Notes under the pieces: model-generated
Told to the model about the DNA's origin: nothing
The model's database searches: none
What the model saw: the letters and a program-made list of their open reading frames with translations, nothing else
Made by a program: the position numbers and the translations under genes
Part shown: positions 58,216-64,000 of the stretch, piece by piece
Numbering within the stretch: the stretch's first letter is position 1
Layout: the number at the start of each line of letters is the position of its first letter
Source of the DNA: Bacteroidota bacterium
GTDB taxonomy: Bacteria > Bacteroidota > Bacteroidia > UKL13-3
NCBI GenBank assembly: GCA_013298895.1
Contig: JAAFJM010000005.1
Location: 106,229-170,228 of the forward strand
Reading direction: 5' to 3'
DNA length: 64,000 bases

Positions 58216-60051
58216 ATGAAAAAAATCATTACTTTAAGTTTATCCTTACTTGTTTCAAGCATAGGATTTTCTCAAAACGCCCCAATTAATTTTGAAACGG
58301 GTGGTCAAGGTGCGAGTTGGACTTGGACAACTTTTGAGAATGGCACGAATCCAACATTAGAAATTGTAAACAATCCTAGTTCAGTTGCTCCAAACACTTC
58401 TAGTAAAGTAGCAAAATTTACTGCACTAAAAGGAGGTAATCCGTGGGCTGGATGTGAGTCTGCGAAAGGTTCAGATATTGGTACGTTTTCTTTATCTGCA
58501 TCAAATGCCAGAGTGAAAATTTTGGTTTACAAAACTAGAATTAGCGATGTTGGAATCAAGTTCGTTAACAGCACCAATGGCTCTACAGGCGAAATCAAAG
58601 TTCCTAATACTAAAATCAACGAGTGGGAAGAGTTAACTTTTGACTTTTCTTCAAAAATTGGTGTCCCTGAATCAAATAATATTACTCAAATTGTAATATT
58701 CCCTGATTTCATTCCCGGTGGTGATCCTAGAGCTGATACTACTATTTCTTATTTCGACAATATTACATTTTCTGCCGGCACTACTTTAGCTGAACCAACT
58801 GCGCCTGCCATGGCTCCAACCAAACTAGCCGCTGATGTTATTTCATTGTTTAGCAACGCTTATACCAATGTAACAGTTGATACTTGGAGAACAGGTTGGT
58901 CTAACGGTACACTTACAGAAATGAAAATTGGCACTGATGATGTTAAAAAATACTCTGGATTGGATTTTGTTGGTATTGAAATGATTGCAAAACCAATTAA
59001 TATCAGTGCTATGGATTTGTTTGAATTTGACATTTGGACGCCAAATTCAACTAATTTTAGATTCAAATTAGTTGATGCTGGAGCCAATGGAACTATTGGA
59101 GGTGGGGATGATAAAGAGCACGAACTTACTGTTACTCCTACATTAGAAGGATGGAATCATATAGCGGTGCCAATATCGAATTTTACTGGCTTAACAACTA
59201 AGTCAAATATTGCACAACTTATTTTTGGAAGTGCGCCTGTAGGTACATCTATAGTTTATTTGGATAATATTATGTTTAGTAAAGCCCCTGTATTGGCTGA
59301 ACCAACTGTTGCAGCAAAAACTCCTACAAAATTAGCTAAAGACGTTATTTCTTTGTTTAGCAATGCTTACACCAATGTAACAGTTGATACATGGAGAACT
59401 TCTTGGTCTAATGGAACACTTACAGAAACGAAAATTGGAGCTGATGATGTTAAAAAATACACTGGATTAGATTTTGTTGGGATTGAAACGATTGCAAAAC
59501 AAATTGATTTAACTGGTATGGATTCATTTGAATTTGATATGTGGACGCCAAATTCTACTGCTTTTAGGTTCAAATTAGTTGATGCAGGCGCTGATGGTGT
59601 TATTGGTGGTGGTAATGATAAAGAACATGAAACAACCATTACACCGACTTTAAACGGTTGGAATCACGTAGCAGTGTCAATATCGAGCATGACAGGCCTT
59701 ACAACCAAAAAGAATATTGCACAACTTATTTTTGCAAGTGCGCCTGTAGGGACTTCAATTGTTTACATTGATAATGTTTTATTTAGCAAAAAAACTTCAG
59801 TAGGTGTTTCTTCTATTGCGCAAGAAACAATTGGTGTTTTCCCAAATCCTGCAAGCAATAATTTAAATATCACCACTAAAAATAATATTCAAGATATTGC
59901 CATTTACAATGCATTGGGTCAGGTTGTATTAACAACTTCACCAAATGCTAATACTGTAAATGTTGATATTACTAGTTTACCAAACGGTTTTTATACTGTT
60001 AAGGCTAGCATAAATGGTGTTGATACCTTCAAGAAAATTATAAAAGAATAA
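58216..60051 (+). CDS. T9SS type A cargo protein with three CBM-like beta-sandwich domains (two near-identical tandem copies)
   Basis: Signal peptide. The C-terminus VFPNPASNNLNITT...IYNALGQVV...GFYTVKA is Por_Secre_tail. Internal 169-aa repeats are ~85% identical. Confidence 0.75.
   Translation: MKKIITLSLSLLVSSIGFSQNAPINFETGGQGASWTWTTFENGTNPTLEIVNNPSSVAPNTSSKVAKFTALKGGNPWAGCESAKGSDIGTFSLSASNARVKILVYKTRISDVGIKFVNSTNGSTGEIKVPNTKINEWEELTFDFSSKIGVPESNNITQIVIFPDFIPGGDPRADTTISYFDNITFSAGTTLAEPTAPAMAPTKLAADVISLFSNAYTNVTVDTWRTGWSNGTLTEMKIGTDDVKKYSGLDFVGIEMIAKPINISAMDLFEFDIWTPNSTNFRFKLVDAGANGTIGGGDDKEHELTVTPTLEGWNHIAVPISNFTGLTTKSNIAQLIFGSAPVGTSIVYLDNIMFSKAPVLAEPTVAAKTPTKLAKDVISLFSNAYTNVTVDTWRTSWSNGTLTETKIGADDVKKYTGLDFVGIETIAKQIDLTGMDSFEFDMWTPNSTAFRFKLVDAGADGVIGGGNDKEHETTITPTLNGWNHVAVSISSMTGLTTKKNIAQLIFASAPVGTSIVYIDNVLFSKKTSVGVSSIAQETIGVFPNPASNNLNITTKNNIQDIAIYNALGQVVLTTSPNANTVNVDITSLPNGFYTVKASINGVDTFKKIIKE
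58789..59802 (+). repeat. Tandem 507-bp intragenic duplication (2 copies, ~85% nt identity)
   Basis: GCTGAACCAACTG... at 58789 recurs at 59296, and the sequences stay collinear for ~500 bp. Confidence 0.8.
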
Positions 60052-60074
60052 ATTTAAGATTTTAAAATAATACA

Positions 60075-60111
60075 AAGGGCAAGCAGTTTTACTGCTTGCC
60101 CTTTTTGTTTT
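60075..60111 (+). terminator. Rho-independent terminator
   Basis: AAGGGCAAGCAG-tttta-CTGCTTGCCCTT followed by TTTTGTTTT. Confidence 0.7.
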
Positions 60112-60809
60112 ATAAATTAGTTCCACTTACTTAAGGCTTCATTTCAAAAAGGAGCTTACCGTTTGTGTGTTTACATTTACGATACCCACGAGCAAGTAGC
60201 TTGCGCTAATTTTCCATTTTGGGTAAAGTAGGTTAATTCTTATTGATGGTAAATGGAATTTTGCTTTTACTTAAAGGTGTTTCATTTGCCTTAAAATAAA
60301 TTGATTCATTATCGTAACATTGGAAATTATCGCAAGTGCCGCTTCGTTTTCCTTTAATAATAATATTATCAATTAATACATTTACATTAGGTTTTTTATT
60401 ATAAATTCTGTAAGTAAAATTGCGCATATAATTATCAATCTTTAATGCTTCAAAATTCCAAATGTTAAAATTATATATGTAATTTATATTGTCACTATAA
60501 ATTGGTATTAAATTGCCAATACTATAACTCGTTTTCTATTTCCCAAAAAATTTTGCAGGCCTCTTTATATTTGCTATTGAACATGGCTTGTTTAATGTAA
60601 AAAATAAATTTTAGTCAACTACAAAATAGTGGTAAAAAAATAATTCAATATTACCAATAGCCATATACCTAGTATATATAATATAATTCTCATTTTTTGG
60701 CATGTCAATTATTTTCGAAAATTTTGACTAATTTAAAAATTAAGTATGGCCATAAAATAATTTGTACTACGGCTAAAAAAGTTATTTTTGTTTTAAAAGA
60801 ATAATATCA

Positions 60810-62924
60810 ATGAAAATAAAAAAATTACTAAGTATTGTTTTACTAGCAAGTTCTTACGCAGCTTTTGCACAGAGCTTTACAGTAAACTCTCCAAACAAAA
60901 AAATTTCCTTATCACTTAAATTAAATGAAGCAGGTGCTTTAAATTACAGTGTAAACTTTAAGGCCAAGCCTGTTGTTGAAACCTCCAAGTTAGGTTTTAA
61001 AATAAACGATCAAGCCGATTTAATGAACAACTTTAGTATTTTAAAAGTTGATTCAAGTACCTTTAACGAAACATGGACTCCTGTTTGGGGCGAAACAAAA
61101 ACCATTGTAAATAATTATAAAGAAATAGCCATTACTTTAAAAGAAAAAGGCGATAAACCTCGTATAGTTCAAGTAGTATTTAGGGTTTTTAATGATGGTG
61201 TGGGCTTTAGATATGTTTTTCCTGAACAACCAAATTTATTCCATTTTGTAGTAGCTGATGAAGAAACTACCATTAATTTAACTGGTGACCATAAAATTTG
61301 GTGGATGCCAGGTGATTTTGATACCAATGAATATACTTACAATACATCGCAAATATCTGAAATTGAAAAATTAGCTAAAAAACGTGATGGCGCTATATTT
61401 ACTGCTACTCCTTTAAAAGGTGCTTTTGTACAAACTCCTTTAATGGTAAAAACCAAAGACAATTTATACGTTAGTATACACGAAGCAGCGTTAATCAATT
61501 ATCCTGCAATGGACTTAATGTTTGACTTAAGCACATTTGAAGCTACTACTAAAATAGCCAATGATGCGGTTGGAAATAAAGCTTATATGCGCGCTCCTTG
61601 CCACACTCCTTGGCGAACAATAATTATAAGCGATGATGCCAGAGATATTATCGCTTCAAAAACTATTTTGAATTTAAATGAACCATCAAAATTAACCAAC
61701 ACCAGTTATATTAAACCAATGAAATACGTTGGCATTTGGTTAGAAATGCATTTAGGACTTTCTACATGGGATTTTGCTGGTGGACAATCGGCTAGTGATG
61801 CAGGTTCAGATGGTAAACAAAAGACTAAAACCAAACATGGTGCCACTACTGAAAATACAAAAAAATACATTGACTTTGCTGCTAAAAATGGTTTTGGTGG
61901 TGTGTTAGTAGAAGGTTGGAACGATGGATGGGAAGATTGGTTTGGCAAATGGAAGGAAGATGTTTTTGATTTTGTAACTCCATATCCTGATTACGATTTT
62001 AAAGGCTTAAATGCTTATGCGCAAAGCAAAGGTGTTGGTATGATAACTCACCACGAAACAAGTGGAAGTGTTACTAATTACGAACGTTATATGGATACTG
62101 CTTACCGCTTAATGGCAAGTGTTGGAAGCCATGCTTTAAAATCGGGTTATGTTGGAAAAATTATTCCACGTGGCGAGTTTCATGATGGACAATGGATGGT
62201 AAACCATTACTTACGTGCCATTAAAAAAGCAGCTGATTACAATATTATGGTGGTAGCTCACGAGCCAGTGCGTCCTACTGGTTTGCACCGCACTTATCCA
62301 AACTTTATGGCTGCTGAGGCTGCTCGCGGACAAGAGTTTAATTTTTGGAGCGAAGGCAATTCACCTGAGCACGAAACCATTTTACCATTTACTCGCTTAA
62401 TGGGTGGTCCAATGGATTATACGCCTGGTATTTTTAAAATTAAAAAGAGCAGCTATTACCCAGGTGCTAAAGAACAAGTTCATACTACTTTAACCAAACA
62501 GTTAGCATTGTATTTAACATTGTATAGCCCAATACAAATGGCTACTGATTTACCTGAAAATTACGAGGCCAAACCTGATGCATTCCAGTTTATTAAAGAT
62601 GTAGCTGTTGATTGGGACGATACCAAAGTAGTTCATGCAGAACCAGGTGAGTATTTAACCATAGCTCGTAAAGCTAAAGGAACCAACAACTGGTTTTTAG
62701 GAAGCATTACCGATGAAAATGCAAGAGAGTTAAACATGGATTTTAGCTTTTTAGATAAAGGTAAAAAATATACTGCTACCATTTACCGCGATGCACCTGA
62801 TGCTAGTTGGGATAAAAATCCAGAAGCCTATGTAATTGAAAAAATTACTGTTACCAATAAATCAAAACTATTGTTAAAATTAGCTCCAGGCGGAGGAACT
62901 GCCATCAGTATTATTGCACAATAA
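60810..62924 (+). CDS. GH97-family alpha-glucosidase (SusB-like)
   Basis: Signal peptide. The N-terminal SPNKKISLSLKLNEAGALNYSVNFKAKPVVETSKLGF pattern and the ~700-aa three-domain length are typical of GH97. Confidence 0.75.
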   Translation: MKIKKLLSIVLLASSYAAFAQSFTVNSPNKKISLSLKLNEAGALNYSVNFKAKPVVETSKLGFKINDQADLMNNFSILKVDSSTFNETWTPVWGETKTIVNNYKEIAITLKEKGDKPRIVQVVFRVFNDGVGFRYVFPEQPNLFHFVVADEETTINLTGDHKIWWMPGDFDTNEYTYNTSQISEIEKLAKKRDGAIFTATPLKGAFVQTPLMVKTKDNLYVSIHEAALINYPAMDLMFDLSTFEATTKIANDAVGNKAYMRAPCHTPWRTIIISDDARDIIASKTILNLNEPSKLTNTSYIKPMKYVGIWLEMHLGLSTWDFAGGQSASDAGSDGKQKTKTKHGATTENTKKYIDFAAKNGFGGVLVEGWNDGWEDWFGKWKEDVFDFVTPYPDYDFKGLNAYAQSKGVGMITHHETSGSVTNYERYMDTAYRLMASVGSHALKSGYVGKIIPRGEFHDGQWMVNHYLRAIKKAADYNIMVVAHEPVRPTGLHRTYPNFMAAEAARGQEFNFWSEGNSPEHETILPFTRLMGGPMDYTPGIFKIKKSSYYPGAKEQVHTTLTKQLALYLTLYSPIQMATDLPENYEAKPDAFQFIKDVAVDWDDTKVVHAEPGEYLTIARKAKGTNNWFLGSITDENARELNMDFSFLDKGKKYTATIYRDAPDASWDKNPEAYVIEKITVTNKSKLLLKLAPGGGTAISIIAQ

Positions 62925-62936
62925 ATAGTTTATGCA

Positions 62937-62976
62937 AAAGGGGCTGTTTCAAAATTTGAAACAGCCCCTTTTTTAT
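62937..62976. terminator. Bidirectional rho-independent terminator
   Basis: AAAAGGGGCTGTTTCAAA / TTGAAACAGCCCCTTTT perfect hairpin between convergent genes. Confidence 0.75.
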
Positions 62977-62996
62977 TAATTAAAGTATAACCAACA

Positions 62997-63674
62997 CTAT
63001 TTCCTCATTTGTCCGTTTAAAGCACTTGCCTTAAACCCACTATCATACCCAAAACTAATTCCGAGATAAAGATATTGAAGAGATGACTTATAGATCTCTG
63101 AAGTTCCTCTCCATTCAGAATTGGGAGTGAATGTATAGCCTAAACGTAAATTATAGAAAATACCATCATCAGTTAAATAGTCTATGGTTTCAATACCCAA
63201 ATTAAACCCAATACTTACGTTGGACCAATAAATACCATTGGGTTGATTGGGAGCAATTAAAACCAAATTATTGTTTCTCATTGCTATATCATATTTAAAC
63301 AAGTCAAATCCGGTATGAATAAGTACTTTATCTGCAAGTAGCATTTTCCCTAAATCATAATTGGCACCTAAGGTTACACTAGATACATTGTGTAAAATAT
63401 CCCAACTTCCAAAATTATCCATATAATCTATACTTGTGCTTAAAGAAGTTTCAATACCCCATTTTTGACCTTTGAATTTATAAAAGGATCCTACCATTTC
63501 TTGCCCTACCCTATATTTATTTACTCCAGTAGCTCTATTTATTTGGCTTACCAAGCCTTTATGGCTAAATACTCTCCATTCTCCAACCATTCCAACCATG
63601 TGAGATTTTTGTGCGTTGGCCGTACAAGCTAGTGCTACAAATAAAAGTGTAATAAGTATTTTTGTATTAATCAT
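62997..63674 (-). CDS. Outer-membrane beta-barrel protein (hypothetical)
   Basis: Signal peptide (ACTANAQ). Alternating hydrophobic pattern. C-terminal aromatic-rich strands. Confidence 0.45.
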   Translation of the reverse strand: MINTKILITLLFVALACTANAQKSHMVGMVGEWRVFSHKGLVSQINRATGVNKYRVGQEMVGSFYKFKGQKWGIETSLSTSIDYMDNFGSWDILHNVSSVTLGANYDLGKMLLADKVLIHTGFDLFKYDIAMRNNNLVLIAPNQPNGIYWSNVSIGFNLGIETIDYLTDDGIFYNLRLGYTFTPNSEWRGTSEIYKSSLQYLYLGISFGYDSGFKASALNGQMRK

Positions 63675-63750
63675 ATTTGCGGTGGCAAATAATTAAACTT
63701 AAAAATAGTTAACAACAACCTTTAGGTTGTAACATGTAAATTTATATTTT

Positions 63751-63963
63751 ATGGAATACGCAAAAAGAATTCGATTAATAAGGGAAAATAAAGGTTTTAC
63801 ACAAGAATATGTAGCTGATAAATTAGCAGTAAGCCAAGCTGCATATAGTAAAATGGAGAGAAAGGCAGGGAATTGTTCTTTATTAACTTTGGAAAAGGTT
63901 GCTGAAGTGCTAGAAGTTACATTGCCTTTTTTGATTGATGTAAAAAAAGAGCATTATGAATAA
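63751..63963 (+). CDS. XRE-family helix-turn-helix transcriptional regulator
   Basis: FTQEYVADKLAVSQAAYSKMERK is the canonical XRE HTH. Confidence 0.7.
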   Translation: MEYAKRIRLIRENKGFTQEYVADKLAVSQAAYSKMERKAGNCSLLTLEKVAEVLEVTLPFLIDVKKEHYE

Positions 63964-64000
63964 AAGAAGCTCCATATAACAAGGTATTTGGTCATTTATT

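Noticed and set aside
58789-59802. Possible CRISPR-like array suggested by the long direct repeat
   Set aside because: Only two copies, 507 bp long and in frame within a single ORF. They encode duplicated protein domains, and no cas genes are nearby. This is a coding tandem duplication, not a CRISPR array.
60233-60427. 64-aa minus-strand ORF in the 700-bp spacer before GH97
   Set aside because: There is no signal, domain or conserved motif. It could be a real small protein, but the evidence is insufficient and it may simply be promoter or spacer DNA.

Overview
The window is AT-rich (~33% GC) DNA from a Bacteroidota chromosome, probably Flavobacteriia-like. Evidence for the phylum is sequence-based: T9SS type A and type B C-terminal sorting domains, a SusB-like GH97, lipoprotein signal peptides, and TAnnTTTG -7 promoter boxes. 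Clear housekeeping genes are dnaK, panB, slyD, pyruvate carboxylase, an RluA-family pseudouridine synthase, a deoxynucleoside kinase and an OlsF-like bifunctional acyltransferase. Five things stand out. (1) A tightly coupled three-gene minus-strand operon at 2195-7016 encodes a TPR/HExxH protein, a MazG-like NTP pyrophosphohydrolase and a GIY-YIG-nuclease/DUF2075 P-loop ATPase fused to a C-terminal S24 (LexA/UmuD-like) Ser-Lys autopeptidase domain, with a composite direct/inverted repeat in its promoter region. I consider this the best candidate for an undescribed defence or stress-response system. (2) A HipA-like kinase overlaps a DUF3037 gene, and the pair is flanked on both sides by gene remnants and AT-rich spacers. 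(3) A roughly 19 kb beta-1,3-glucan (laminarin-type) utilisation locus has no SusC/SusD pair, although the window ends before the flanks are fully seen. It contains a GH5-like domain fused to a ~600-aa putative outer-membrane beta-barrel, GH16, a ~1150-aa cytoplasmic putative beta-1,3-glucan phosphorylase, GH30, four GH17 paralogues (one fused to an MFS transporter, two with no signal peptide), an NrtR/Nudix-like regulator and a T9SS cargo protein with tandemly duplicated CBM-like domains. (4) A GNAT-rich putative detoxification island holds five GNAT genes (one frameshifted), an OsmC-family gene, two methyltransferases and two hydrolases. (5) A PKD-repeat adhesin of 1261 aa carries a T9SS type B sorting domain. 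I found no rRNA, tRNA or CRISPR array.
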